Positions 9,374 to 19,215 of a DNA stretch of 64,000 nucleotides are shown piece by piece. The translations under genes were made by a program, and so were the position numbers. Each line of letters opens with the position of its first letter. Within the stretch, counting starts at the first letter, position 1. Source of the DNA: a virus; IMG/VR virus record IMGVR_UViG_3300025648_000012, positions 32,001-96,000 of that record. One strand, given 5' to 3'. The notes below the pieces were generated by a model. That model was not told where the DNA came from. It did not search any database and saw only the letters and a program-made list of their open reading frames with translations.

Positions 9374-10837
9374 TTACCGTATACCTCCATAACTCCAGTA
9401 AGGGGATGCGGGACCTACTGTCTGCCCTACCGCTCCTATCTGGCCTACCTGTGCTGCTAAATTAGAACCCACAGCCCCAGTTCCTCCCAAAACTCCCTTA
9501 TAGGTGAGATTAACTTTTAGTTGTTTTAATCCATTATCTAATTGCTGTTGTATTCTGCCTATTGCGGAATCCAATGCCTGGGTCTTGTCTACGTCCAATT
9601 GTATGGAGGCCCCCTGAAAGTTAAATGCTTTTTCACCTTCTAGCAGGTATTGAGCCTCTAATGCTTGAATTGTAGCACACTGAAGAAGGTATTCTCGAAT
9701 TGGCCCTGCTGCTTGAGTAAAAGTAAAGGAGGTGAATACTCCATAAGCTCCATTGAAGTAATCTCCACCCATTCTAAGGTATCTCAAAAGCTCTGTGGGT
9801 TTGTATTGAGAATCAGCAACACCCCACAAAGTCTGATTAGCCTTGTTTACTCTTGCTTTTAGATCATCCATACAGGATAGCATAGTAGGCGTAGTAATGT
9901 AGAGCGTAGAAGTCTGCCTAAAGGTAGGCCCACCCGAGTTAGAATACCCCCAGACTACGGTGTAGGGAATAAAAGAAGGTGGTAAAATAGGTTGAGTTTG
10001 CAGTACCGCAGAATAAAGCCACCCATTTTCTACTTGCACTGGAGATGTTGGTAAAGTATTTGCAACCAATACATCTGTATTATTATAGATATTCAATGTG
10101 ACATTGGAATATGCGTTATCGGTAACACACGCTAAGCTTACTGGGTCTCCAAACAGCTCTATTGCATCCTCTGCACCCGTGGAAGCAACCGAAGATTCAA
10201 TCCAAACAACTTCGTAAGAATACAGAATAGCGGAATTAGGCAGTGTTAAGGTATACCTTATTTGGTATGGAGAGCCTGGGGTAATGGGTAGAGTTTGTGG
10301 CGCTGTAACTACAGCGTTAGCAACAATGGTCTGATTCGCTCCATTACTTGTTGAGTTTGCGACATAGCAATTACCAGAAGACCATACAACAGAAGAAGAA
10401 TCTACTAATTCCCAAATAATAGAAGACCCTGTAGTATTAACATCCGCAGCTAAACTAAATACAACGGTTGATAAAGCAGATTGCCCAAGTTGCATTTTAC
10501 CAAGTAAATCTTGGTAGGATTGTGGAGCTTGGTACGCATTTTGTACGAAAGAAGATGGCTGTATAACGCACACTAGCATGAAAGAATAGGTAGCTAGGTT
10601 AGTTACAACAGTTAAAGGGGTACCGTAAGTAGTCTGGTTTGGTGCAACAATGGAGCCACCAGAAAAGGTTGCAGTTAAAGTGGAAGAAGTCGAAGCAACT
10701 GTAACTGTGGGAGCTCCAGTAGTAGGCGTAGTGGAGCCTACTGTCGCACTGGTAATAGTCTCGGTTAATCCCAAAGTAATGGAAACAGGTTGAGTTAAAT
10801 TAGCTGCGCCTACTTTTGAATACACATAGGTAATCAT
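9374..10837 (-). CDS. Putative virion structural protein (head-tail adaptor/neck-like)
   Basis: T/S/V-rich beta-type N-terminal region and helical C-terminal domain; position in the structural block. Confidence 0.5.
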   Translation of the reverse strand: MITYVYSKVGAANLTQPVSITLGLTETITSATVGSTTPTTGAPTVTVASTSSTLTATFSGGSIVAPNQTTYGTPLTVVTNLATYSFMLVCVIQPSSFVQNAYQAPQSYQDLLGKMQLGQSALSTVVFSLAADVNTTGSSIIWELVDSSSVVWSSGNCYVANSTSNGANQTIVANAVVTAPQTLPITPGSPYQIRYTLTLPNSAILYSYEVVWIESSVASTGAEDAIELFGDPVSLACVTDNAYSNVTLNIYNNTDVLVANTLPTSPVQVENGWLYSAVLQTQPILPPSFIPYTVVWGYSNSGGPTFRQTSTLYITTPTMLSCMDDLKARVNKANQTLWGVADSQYKPTELLRYLRMGGDYFNGAYGVFTSFTFTQAAGPIREYLLQCATIQALEAQYLLEGEKAFNFQGASIQLDVDKTQALDSAIGRIQQQLDNGLKQLKVNLTYKGVLGGTGAVGSNLAAQVGQIGAVGQTVGPASPYWSYGGIR

Positions 10838-10840
10838 TAT

Positions 10841-11236
10841 TTAGCAGTCCTTAATTCTAAAAAAACATCCATTGTTCACTAAATACTCTCCTAACTTTGG
10901 GTGAATGTCTTGAGGTAGTTTCCTAATGTTAAACCAACCGTGTGTAGTATGTTCGTGGTTTAGTTTAATTTCTGGTTTTGTATTCACTCTTCTAAGGAAA
11001 TAATGAAAAGTAAAGTCTTTACTGGGATTAGATTTACCCACATATTCGTTCTGAGTAGTGTCCAAGTTAGTTTCTTCTTTAACTTCTCGTTCTATAGCTT
11101 CGTTCATTGCTTCGTCTGGTTCTACGCAACCTCCAGGTAAATCCCAGGTATGAGGAAAATCTCCAAACTTGGAACGCTTAAGCAACAATAGCTCATTACC
11201 ACACATTATTAGTAACCCACAGGCTTCGTTTTTCAT
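10841..11236 (-). CDS. NUDIX hydrolase
   Basis: Nudix box GGCVEPDEAMNEAIEREVKEETNL. Confidence 0.9.
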   Translation of the reverse strand: MKNEACGLLIMCGNELLLLKRSKFGDFPHTWDLPGGCVEPDEAMNEAIEREVKEETNLDTTQNEYVGKSNPSKDFTFHYFLRRVNTKPEIKLNHEHTTHGWFNIRKLPQDIHPKLGEYLVNNGCFFRIKDC

Positions 11237-11244
11237 TTATGTCT

Positions 11245-12084
11245 TCAAAGAAAGTTTAGAGAAGGAATAGAGGGAATATGTAGGCCTAATTTATTCGCCA
11301 AGGTTATGGAACTGCCACTACTTGTACTTCCGGGCCCAGAAGTAATGAAAGTCCCAACATCTTCTATGGAAAAGGTAACTGACAAGTTTAATAAGGCTCC
11401 ACTTCCACTATCTAACTCGGTTAAAGAAGTTGTTGTTGGAAAACACCTTGATGCGTTAACCGTAATAGTTTCAGTTCCATTCATAGCAAGTATATGGAGT
11501 TTAATAGGCTTTTTGTAAGTGCTTGGAAATCCGTAAACTCCACGGGCTCCTTGAGCAGCATATCCGGTAGAGATCAAGTTAAACCAGACACCTATGTAGT
11601 TTTGCGATTCTCCAGTTGTATCCAAAAAGAAATCGGCAGTTATTTCAGGACTAGATAAGCCAGAAATTGAATTTGTTGTTACTCCAGCTCTAGTTATTTG
11701 CTCTGTGGAATACGATCTTATTGGAATTACTATTTTGTGGCAGTAGTACCAAGGAATAGGTGTTGGGTACCCCGCAAGTGGAGGAAAATCTACAAACCAT
11801 TTCCAAGTTTGCAGTTGATCTCCAAGTTTGTTAAGACCATAATAACCATTACCGTCTGATAATCCACCAGCACTTGTGGATTTTGAAAAACCAAATAGAG
11901 AAGCAATAGTGTTCGCTGTTCTAATGCCCTGCCCTATTGTATTTGCAATCTGGTTAGCATCAGTTTGAAGCGTAAGTATACTATTGGTATACTTACCTTG
12001 TACTGAATTTACAGCATTGGATACCGCGTTTCCAGCTAATCTAAAGTTGTTTGTTAGCTGCTCTGCTCCACCAAGATTGCTCAT
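11245..12084 (-). CDS. Putative tail-tube-like or baseplate tube-initiator protein
   Basis: WKWFVDFP...ITADFFLD...YKKPIKL...CFPTT...LDSGS...LSVTFS pattern typical of T4 gp19/gp54-like folds. Confidence 0.5.
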   Translation of the reverse strand: MSNLGGAEQLTNNFRLAGNAVSNAVNSVQGKYTNSILTLQTDANQIANTIGQGIRTANTIASLFGFSKSTSAGGLSDGNGYYGLNKLGDQLQTWKWFVDFPPLAGYPTPIPWYYCHKIVIPIRSYSTEQITRAGVTTNSISGLSSPEITADFFLDTTGESQNYIGVWFNLISTGYAAQGARGVYGFPSTYKKPIKLHILAMNGTETITVNASRCFPTTTSLTELDSGSGALLNLSVTFSIEDVGTFITSGPGSTSSGSSITLANKLGLHIPSIPSLNFL

Positions 12085-13208
12085 TTTGAATTCATTGTAT
12101 GAATTATTTTTCCAACTTGAGAGTTATCTAATCCATACTTATCTTTTAGCCACTCCAAGTCTGCTCTATTTATGTTATTTTCAAAATCACTAATGAAGAA
12201 CCTTACAGTTTGCCCCTGGCCCTGCATTGAAATTCTGGACTTAGTAGGACGTTTTAGAAGTTTTTTAACATCCAAGAATAATTGTTCCTTTATTGAGTCC
12301 ATTTTTTTAGAGTCAAGTCCAGGCTTAAGTACAAAAACTAAAGAGTCATTTACAACCTTAACGGTCTTAATGGAGTTTTTAACTGAAAAATGCTCTTTAC
12401 TTAAATCTTCGGGCTTACTTTTTAAGTTGTACTCTATTGGTAGGTTTCCTAGCTCGTTAGAAAAACCTTCTAACTCTAGTTGATTGCCTATTTCTTTAAT
12501 AGCCTCTTTAACAGAAGTTACGGCTACTCCCCCCTTGAGTTTAGAAGGTATAGCAAAGTCTGGTTCTAGAAAAATGCGAGTAGTTTGCTCATCTACATTC
12601 CACTGAATAACTACATACAACTGAGGGGTTATTCTGTTACCGGAAGATACTTTCAAAAGTTTAATGTAACCAGTGAAAACCAATTTACCGGAAACATCTG
12701 TAGAGACATACAAGTAGCTTTCAGAAGACTTGAATTTAAGTGCTCTGGTTAGCTCCTGCCCTACGGCGTTTGCGTAATTACGAAATTCCTCAGGAACGTG
12801 CTTTCTTGCCACGTTGTTTAACCATTGCATGAGTCCTGTTAAAGCCGCAGCAACCTGATTTCTAAGTTTATTGAGTTCCCCCAATACTTCCGTTGCTTTA
12901 GGAAATTTCATTTTTGCAATGGATTCTGCCTCTTGGACAGAAAGGTATTGTTCATGCAAAAGCTCTGCAGTTTTGTATTTTGTCTGCAGAGTTTTCATTC
13001 CAGGAATAACAATTTTTGGAAAGTCTGTGTTTACTTTAACCTGCTTGTAGCCTTTTTTAGACCTATTTGAGGAGATATCTAGGTATTCTCCACTAGCGGA
13101 CTCAATTCTTACTCCTTGAGCATCCAGCATATTAAGAGTTTTCTTAAGCTCTTGTGACTGCTTTTCAGCCCAGGTTTTTAAGTCTTCCGCGCTTCTAAAG
13201 TCTTCCAT
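12081..13208 (-). CDS. Hypothetical protein (possible virion protein)
   Basis: 375-aa ORF coupled to its neighbour. Confidence 0.65.
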   Translation of the reverse strand: MEDFRSAEDLKTWAEKQSQELKKTLNMLDAQGVRIESASGEYLDISSNRSKKGYKQVKVNTDFPKIVIPGMKTLQTKYKTAELLHEQYLSVQEAESIAKMKFPKATEVLGELNKLRNQVAAALTGLMQWLNNVARKHVPEEFRNYANAVGQELTRALKFKSSESYLYVSTDVSGKLVFTGYIKLLKVSSGNRITPQLYVVIQWNVDEQTTRIFLEPDFAIPSKLKGGVAVTSVKEAIKEIGNQLELEGFSNELGNLPIEYNLKSKPEDLSKEHFSVKNSIKTVKVVNDSLVFVLKPGLDSKKMDSIKEQLFLDVKKLLKRPTKSRISMQGQGQTVRFFISDFENNINRADLEWLKDKYGLDNSQVGKIIHTMNSK

Positions 13209-13213
13209 TATAA

Positions 13214-13759
13214 TTATCCTCTTTTAGATCTAGCAGCTTTTGCTAATTGTGTTCTTTTCTTCAAAGGTTCTTTTGGTTTTTTCCTTTTTACCTTTTCTTC
13301 TACCTTAAAGTCTTCAAGTACTTTTTTAACCATAGGAGTTTCTTTAACTGCTGGAACTTGCTCAACTATAGTTAGATTTGGCTTTTTAACTTCCCGAATT
13401 GTGGGTTTAATTTCCCCCATGAGTTCTGAATATGTTAGTTTTGTTTTTTCTTTAGAAACTGTATTTTTATTTGCTTGATCTCTTTCTCTTCTTTCTTTTC
13501 TCGAAAAATTTGCTATTAACCAGTACATAGGAAGAATAGTTAGAACCAAAGCCAAGTTAGAATAAGTAACATTGCTTGGTTCACTATGCAAATAGGAGTA
13601 AACTAATGACCATAAAGCAAACGCTGCTCCAAGTTGGGGTGTCTGTAGAGCATATCGAGTAACCACCGATTTTGAAGCATCAGTATAAAACCCTATTGCT
13701 AATCCTAAGCCCATTAGTGAAGCCAGAATAAAGGCGTAAACAAGTTCTAAACTATTCAT
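13214..13759 (-). CDS. Membrane protein (about 3 TM helices, basic tail)
   Basis: Hydrophobic N-terminal half, K-rich C-terminus. Confidence 0.6.
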   Translation of the reverse strand: MNSLELVYAFILASLMGLGLAIGFYTDASKSVVTRYALQTPQLGAAFALWSLVYSYLHSEPSNVTYSNLALVLTILPMYWLIANFSRKERRERDQANKNTVSKEKTKLTYSELMGEIKPTIREVKKPNLTIVEQVPAVKETPMVKKVLEDFKVEEKVKRKKPKEPLKKRTQLAKAARSKRG

Positions 13760-14255
13760 GGTTTTTACTTTTCTCCGTTGTATTAGAATGTATAAAAGGT
13801 GTTTCTAAACTTTCATGGTTAGCCTCTTCCAACCCCTTTGAACCAACAGGGAAAATTCTACTAAACAGATCCGCCAACCATGAGCCAGCAACAGTCCCAA
13901 CTAAAAGATTGATTAGGTAGTTTATGCGTGTTGTAGACCACCCCAGTACCCAAGCAAGAATAGTTGGAAGATACTCGTTGTCCAACCCAGGAAAGAAGTA
14001 CACAAGTTGCACTGCCAAAAACCAAGACCAAACTAATGCTATTGCTGTTCCAAGTACAATGTAGAACGCTGCTTTACCGCAGGATGAGACATGACCGTCT
14101 GACAACGATATAGATACGCCTGCCAATGCAGAAATAACAACTAACATTACGGAAGCTGCAACTTGACCAAAGTACCCAGTTAGTAATGCTAAAAACCCTA
14201 AAGATGACCCAGTTTTTAAGACAACAGAGCTTGTTCCAGTTTCAATAGCAGCCAT
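13752..14255 (-). CDS. Multi-pass membrane protein (holin-like candidate)
   Basis: Three or four hydrophobic segments. Confidence 0.5.
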   Translation of the reverse strand: MAAIETGTSSVVLKTGSSLGFLALLTGYFGQVAASVMLVVISALAGVSISLSDGHVSSCGKAAFYIVLGTAIALVWSWFLAVQLVYFFPGLDNEYLPTILAWVLGWSTTRINYLINLLVGTVAGSWLADLFSRIFPVGSKGLEEANHESLETPFIHSNTTEKSKNHE

Positions 14256-14572
14256 TAAACTTTACCTCCTTCATCCTCAACTATGGGCTTCACAGTGAAG
14301 TAGATGTAACGAGAAGAAGGTGAGTGGTTTATTTCTAGATACAGAGAATGACTACTCAAAAGTTGTGAAATTCTTAGCAAGTTGTTCGGTCTCACTCCTT
14401 TTTTACCATACAGATTAAGTTCACCCATAACACGGAAAACTACGGAACCAGGCGTGGTCCTATTTGACATTTGAATTACATTGTGTTGGCTTTTTATTAA
14501 CATCTTTAACTGTGAAGCCCACGAAGGATATTGCACTCCACTACTATTTTCTTTTTGTTCTTTGGTGTTCAT
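14255..14572 (-). CDS. Hypothetical protein
   Basis: 105-aa ORF, coupled. Confidence 0.6.
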   Translation of the reverse strand: MNTKEQKENSSGVQYPSWASQLKMLIKSQHNVIQMSNRTTPGSVVFRVMGELNLYGKKGVRPNNLLRISQLLSSHSLYLEINHSPSSRYIYFTVKPIVEDEGGKV

Positions 14573-14594
14573 AAAAACTACCCCTTATTTTTAG

Positions 14595-15716
14595 TTAAAA
14601 AGTAAAGCTATCTATTCCTTTGTTGTCTAATAGCGCTGACCTCACAGATTTTTGTACTGTTGGTCTATATTGTGGAAGCTGAATGAGTAGCTCTTGAGGT
14701 TGGCACGCTCTTACTGTGCATTCCCACCCCAATAAATCCTTACGCCTTGAAGACCAAGGTGTTACATTCTCAACAACTAATGTTTTTCCGTATTCTTGTT
14801 CCTTAATTACATCCTGTGCAGTAAGAGAAGGAATGTCCGGAGATAATATAATTGAAAACGGATCAGTCAATTCCAATAGCGCTAAATCTGCTGATCTTGG
14901 AAGTTTTGGTAGTTCCATGTAAATTGACTCAGAAGAGAACCCTAACTGTATCTCAAAGTGAGTAAAGTTTTCAGTTGTAGTTAGCTCTATTACATGAGGT
15001 AATCCGTCGCAAAATTGAAGAATGTTTAGCCCCTGTAAGAGTGTGTTCCCAATGGTTGGGTTTGTTACAATCTTTTTCGTTCCGTTATACCCTTGTACCG
15101 AATCCACTAACACTGCACCCTTAGGGAGTGTAATAGTGGCCGTATGAGTACCTGGACTTAATTCATACGTTAATGGGTCTATGAGAGAATGAGTATTAAA
15201 ATCTGTTGGAACTAAAACTTGTCTCCACCCTCTAAAAGGTTGATATCCACCGACAAAAGAGGAACCAAAGCAAATGGGGCAAGCAATGTCCGTTAAACCA
15301 TAACTTCCAATATCGAACACCACAGGGTCCCTAATTTCTTTTTCAACAGTTTGTCCATTTCCTGTTTCGTCAAAGGTTGCTTTGTTTACCGCTCCATTAT
15401 TTGTTGTTCCTGTTCCATATTCAGTAATACCAAACTGCATACCCAATAAAAAGTCATCAATAACTCCGGGTTTAGCGTTTCCGTGTTCGTCTAATTGCGA
15501 CGTCTTAGAGGATAGTATTTTGTTAGCTGCTTTACAGGAGCATACTCTACCTGTAGTTAGCCTATTATAGAGTAGACCTGCAACTCCCTGCACTCTAAAC
15601 GCAGAAATCATGCGTTGTTGCTGAATTGGAGTTATTTGTTTAACCATAGCTTCAGCTACATCTGCATTTCGAGCATTGTTAGCTGTTAAAGTTGACCTTC
15701 TTTCGAGAATTGGCAT
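14595..15716 (-). CDS. Putative neck/head-completion-like structural protein with Cys cluster
   Basis: CSC ... CPICFGSSFVGGY motif; structural block. Confidence 0.5.
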   Translation of the reverse strand: MPILERRSTLTANNARNADVAEAMVKQITPIQQQRMISAFRVQGVAGLLYNRLTTGRVCSCKAANKILSSKTSQLDEHGNAKPGVIDDFLLGMQFGITEYGTGTTNNGAVNKATFDETGNGQTVEKEIRDPVVFDIGSYGLTDIACPICFGSSFVGGYQPFRGWRQVLVPTDFNTHSLIDPLTYELSPGTHTATITLPKGAVLVDSVQGYNGTKKIVTNPTIGNTLLQGLNILQFCDGLPHVIELTTTENFTHFEIQLGFSSESIYMELPKLPRSADLALLELTDPFSIILSPDIPSLTAQDVIKEQEYGKTLVVENVTPWSSRRKDLLGWECTVRACQPQELLIQLPQYRPTVQKSVRSALLDNKGIDSFTF

Positions 15717-17344
15717 TAGATTTTGTCGTCAGAATCAGAAGTATCAAGAGATTTAACTTTTTCGATAGCTTTGGGTGGACGAAACCCCCACTTAATAAAT
15801 GTAGAAATAACTGCAGTTGGGTCAATGTAAGAACTCAAAGCAGTTGCACCAGTTACTTTCGAGGCAGCTTCAACTCCACGTATATGGGATAACGCAGCCC
15901 CAACTTTAACTGCAATCGCGTTCATAGCTGCAATAGCTTCTTTCTCAGTTTTAGGTTTGTATTTTCCTTCTTCTTCTATCCAAATGGAAGAACCTTTTGC
16001 TGTTCTTAACTTGTGACAGCTAACTGGAGAACCCAAAGACTTAAAGAATTTGTTTATGTTAGCAGGAAACACTCTTAGTTTTTTGCCTTCTTTAGTGTAG
16101 GTAAAAAGGTAGTCAGATGAGAGTTTTCCTTCCTCTAACTCTGCTAGAATAGAAATTATTTTCTTGGCGACTGGTGTATTTGGGAGTATAGCATTCTTTT
16201 GAGGAATGTTGCATTTGCCTAGGTATTTAATGGTTGCTCCATTTGGAGTTACAGTAACGTTTTTAACTGCTAACGTTCCCATTCCTTTACCCTTTGCTGT
16301 TCCCATTCTTGCAGAGAAATTGTACAAAAGTTCTAAAACTACAGCACAGACACATGCTGGATTTGAGATGTCAAACTTAAGAATGTACTGTTGCCATTTC
16401 GTTCTAATGGAATTTAGTTCTGGAAGTAGGTCCCGAACTTTTTGGTATTTACTTTCAGATGCACTCTTGGTATAATTTTCAGTATAGAACTGAGACATTC
16501 TTCCTGGAGTAACGTCAGTCTCATGTCTAAATGCTTTTATTGCCCAGTTGTTTCCTTTACCTTCTCCAACATTTGGATTTGTTTCTATTCTTGCAAATAC
16601 ATCTGGACTTGGACGAGTAGGAATTAACTCACCTTTGGGTGTATATATCTTACCTACGGCATCAATTAGTCCAATATGTCCAGGAACCAGAATGTGGTCA
16701 AACCCTGCTACGTTAAGTGCATTGTATGCGTCTTGATACGGTATTAGTGGTTTACCCGATTTTCTTACTAAAGACTTAAGAAGCTCTCCCGCTGCTGCGT
16801 AATGCTTCTTTCTTTCCTCTTTATATTCTTCCAATCCTTCTGGGTCTGTATCTCCTAAAATGTTCTTTTCATCTGGAGTTAAGAATGTACCTTTACGCCC
16901 AACAAGTGCATTAACTGTTTTATGAAGCTTGGAGTGGTTGAATTGCTTAACATCAGGTGCAAAGAGAGAATCTAATACCGGGTCTTTGAGTTCGGATACA
17001 CACTTATCTACTAACTTAAACTTTTCTGGTGTTCCAGATTTAAGGTAACTTGCTACATTCTTTAACTGTTGTAGCTCATTAGCAGTAAACTGTGGATATG
17101 CTTTGAACTTTTCCATTGAGCGAATCAACGAACTACCAAGATTGAACAGCAATTCGTACTTGTTGCGTCCAGACTTAGCCGCTTTTATTGCTTCGTTGAG
17201 CCCAGGGTATCCAACTGTAGGAGATAAATAGCTATCCCATTTGTTAGGTAGTTTTCCATCTGGGTTATTGTGGTAATCCCACGAAAGAACTACAAGTGTT
17301 TTAAGTAGGGACACCAGTTGAGATGCGTTTATTCTTTGTAGCAT
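15716..17344 (-). CDS. Type IB DNA topoisomerase (poxvirus/bacterial-type core) with long N-terminal extension
   Basis: Catalytic residues in order: R (SARMGT), K (YLGK), R (HKLRT), H (ALSH), Y (SYIDP). Confidence 0.8.
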   Translation of the reverse strand: MLQRINASQLVSLLKTLVVLSWDYHNNPDGKLPNKWDSYLSPTVGYPGLNEAIKAAKSGRNKYELLFNLGSSLIRSMEKFKAYPQFTANELQQLKNVASYLKSGTPEKFKLVDKCVSELKDPVLDSLFAPDVKQFNHSKLHKTVNALVGRKGTFLTPDEKNILGDTDPEGLEEYKEERKKHYAAAGELLKSLVRKSGKPLIPYQDAYNALNVAGFDHILVPGHIGLIDAVGKIYTPKGELIPTRPSPDVFARIETNPNVGEGKGNNWAIKAFRHETDVTPGRMSQFYTENYTKSASESKYQKVRDLLPELNSIRTKWQQYILKFDISNPACVCAVVLELLYNFSARMGTAKGKGMGTLAVKNVTVTPNGATIKYLGKCNIPQKNAILPNTPVAKKIISILAELEEGKLSSDYLFTYTKEGKKLRVFPANINKFFKSLGSPVSCHKLRTAKGSSIWIEEEGKYKPKTEKEAIAAMNAIAVKVGAALSHIRGVEAASKVTGATALSSYIDPTAVISTFIKWGFRPPKAIEKVKSLDTSDSDDKI

Positions 17345-17373
17345 GGATAGTAACTCCGAGGTTATTATTTTCT

Positions 17374-17390
17374 CAACCTTAAATTGTTCT
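17374..17390 (-). promoter_or_regulatory. Candidate late promoter motif AGAACAATTTWAGGTTG
   Basis: 16/17 identical to 9356-9372, variant at 3914-3930; each lies upstream of a minus-strand gene. Confidence 0.45.
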
Positions 17391-17426
17391 CAAAATTAAA
17401 TCTGTAAATATGTTTTGAAGGATGCG

Positions 17427-17471
17427 AAGTAAAAGACTACAAGTAAAAGACTACAAGTAAAAGACTACAAG
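17427..17471. repeat. 14-bp tandem repeat (aagtaaaagactac x3.2) in the divergent intergenic region
   Basis: Read directly. Confidence 0.9.
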
Positions 17472-17493
17472 GATAAAACAAAGGAGATACTCC

Positions 17494-17799
17494 ATGATGC
17501 AAAGACTGAAAACTACAGGTAACTATGAAAAGACAGCTGCACTTGCAAAAGCAAATTTGGATACTTTACTTGTTGCACTCGGTGCAGGTAAGAATTCAGT
17601 TGAAACTAACAGCAAGACTAAAAAAGAAAATCTGTTCAGCACAATTAAGTTGTTAATTAAGAAAGTTGGATATGTTAAAGCATACTCCTTTATTAGAGGA
17701 ACAGGATTAGTTAATTCTCAACCAGTATTCGTTGGAAAATTAAACCACAAGCGTTCCTCTTTGGAATACGTAAAACCAAAAGTAGCAAACAATGCTTAG
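17494..17799 (+). CDS. Hypothetical protein
   Basis: 101 aa, RBS aaggag. Confidence 0.6.
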   Translation: MMQRLKTTGNYEKTAALAKANLDTLLVALGAGKNSVETNSKTKKENLFSTIKLLIKKVGYVKAYSFIRGTGLVNSQPVFVGKLNHKRSSLEYVKPKVANNA

Positions 17800-18739
17800 A
17801 GCAGTTGGAATAGGTGATTTGCACTTAACTGGCGTTAAAGGAACTGTGCTAGTTGGTGGATTGTCTGAATATATACCTGACCACGATGCAATGGTAATGC
17901 GGCAGGTGCGTCGAGTACTCAAGTGGGCAGTAAAACAAGATATTTGTACTGTGTTTCTTTACGGAGACATTGGATGTTTTCCTTTGCTCTCTTATTCTGC
18001 ACAGTTAGAGTTACTGCGAGTGTTTAGGGATTTTCCTAACATGCACTTTCACACTATATTGGGTAACCACGATAAGGTAGCAGAAGATTCTTCACTCGGA
18101 CATTCTCTTTTAATACTACAGGAAGTGGTTGAAAACTTAACTGTGTATGAAAACCCAACAACTGTTAAACTTGAAGGTACCACCGTTAACTTTTTACCCT
18201 GGCCGTTTACCGAGTTTAAAGACTGCCTTAATGTATGCCACGTATCTGTAAATGGTGCTGTAGGGGATACAGGACACAAAGAAAAAACTAAGGTGAGTAC
18301 AGACTTTGTAACTGTAGCGGGTCATTTGCACACTAATCAAGTAGTAGGTAACACTTATTACTCAGGAACGCTATACCAAGTGTCTTTTGGAGAAAAGCCA
18401 AAGAAATCCTTTCATTTAATTGAAGGTAAAACTGTAGTTTCTATTCCTTTTGTACCTGAGTACACTCTGCATACGCATACTGTAAATAGTGAAGAGGATT
18501 GGAAGACTAAGCCAAATGGTCCCAAGGATTTAGTTAAGGTTGTAGTATCTCCTGGAGTCAAGGTGAATACGGATGCTAACTTTGTTAGGTTTGCGGCACA
18601 GCCACCCCAGTCAGGAGTTGAGTATGCGTATTCTTTAGATGACTTTCTTAAAAAATGGCTTAAAATGCAACAGGTTCCGAAAGCCTTAAAAGTAAAAGCA
18701 TGGAACCTTAGGCTACACAATAGTATGGAAGGAAACTAA
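17792..18739 (+). CDS. sbcD: SbcD/Mre11-like metallophosphoesterase nuclease
   Basis: GDLH, YGD, GNHD, GHLH and YSGTL motifs. Confidence 0.85.
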   Translation: MLRAVGIGDLHLTGVKGTVLVGGLSEYIPDHDAMVMRQVRRVLKWAVKQDICTVFLYGDIGCFPLLSYSAQLELLRVFRDFPNMHFHTILGNHDKVAEDSSLGHSLLILQEVVENLTVYENPTTVKLEGTTVNFLPWPFTEFKDCLNVCHVSVNGAVGDTGHKEKTKVSTDFVTVAGHLHTNQVVGNTYYSGTLYQVSFGEKPKKSFHLIEGKTVVSIPFVPEYTLHTHTVNSEEDWKTKPNGPKDLVKVVVSPGVKVNTDANFVRFAAQPPQSGVEYAYSLDDFLKKWLKMQQVPKALKVKAWNLRLHNSMEGN

Positions 18740-18786
18740 AGTGCAAACTAAAGTGCAAACTAAAGTGCAAACTAAAGTGCAAACTA
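18733..18786. repeat. 12-bp tandem repeat (aaactaaagtgc x4.5)
   Basis: Read directly. Confidence 0.9.
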
Positions 18787-18995
18787 CAATCTGTGAGGCA
18801 GTACCACATTCTTTTAGAGTATGCCCCTTAGCACCAAATCGTTGCTTGTGGCAACATAGAATTACTAATGAGTGCCAACATTTACCAGTTGAAACTGCAA
18901 ACGAATACGCTGAGTTAGTTGGCCTACCTTATTTATCGGGAGAGCAATATGAACAGCTAAAACAAAACTTAAGAACAGCATTGGAAGAAAGGTAA
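18741..18995 (+). CDS. Hypothetical Cys-containing protein
   Basis: 84 aa; begins inside a 12-bp repeat. Confidence 0.55.
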   Translation: MQTKVQTKVQTKVQTTICEAVPHSFRVCPLAPNRCLWQHRITNECQHLPVETANEYAELVGLPYLSGEQYEQLKQNLRTALEER

Positions 18996-19215
18996 AGCAA
19001 GGGGAGATTAAATTGAAAACAGCAACAGCATCTTTGAAGGAAAAACTATCTAATGAAATTTTAGCTAGTTTGAAGCACACAGGTCTATTAAAAAGACCGG
19101 TTGTAAAACTTCCAACTGTGCTATTAGGCATTAAGCACTGCGGAAAAAGAACTATCAAAGTTTTTAAGCTCGTACGTAAGCACATTTCTTAAATTAACAA
19201 CACAAGGAGTACATA

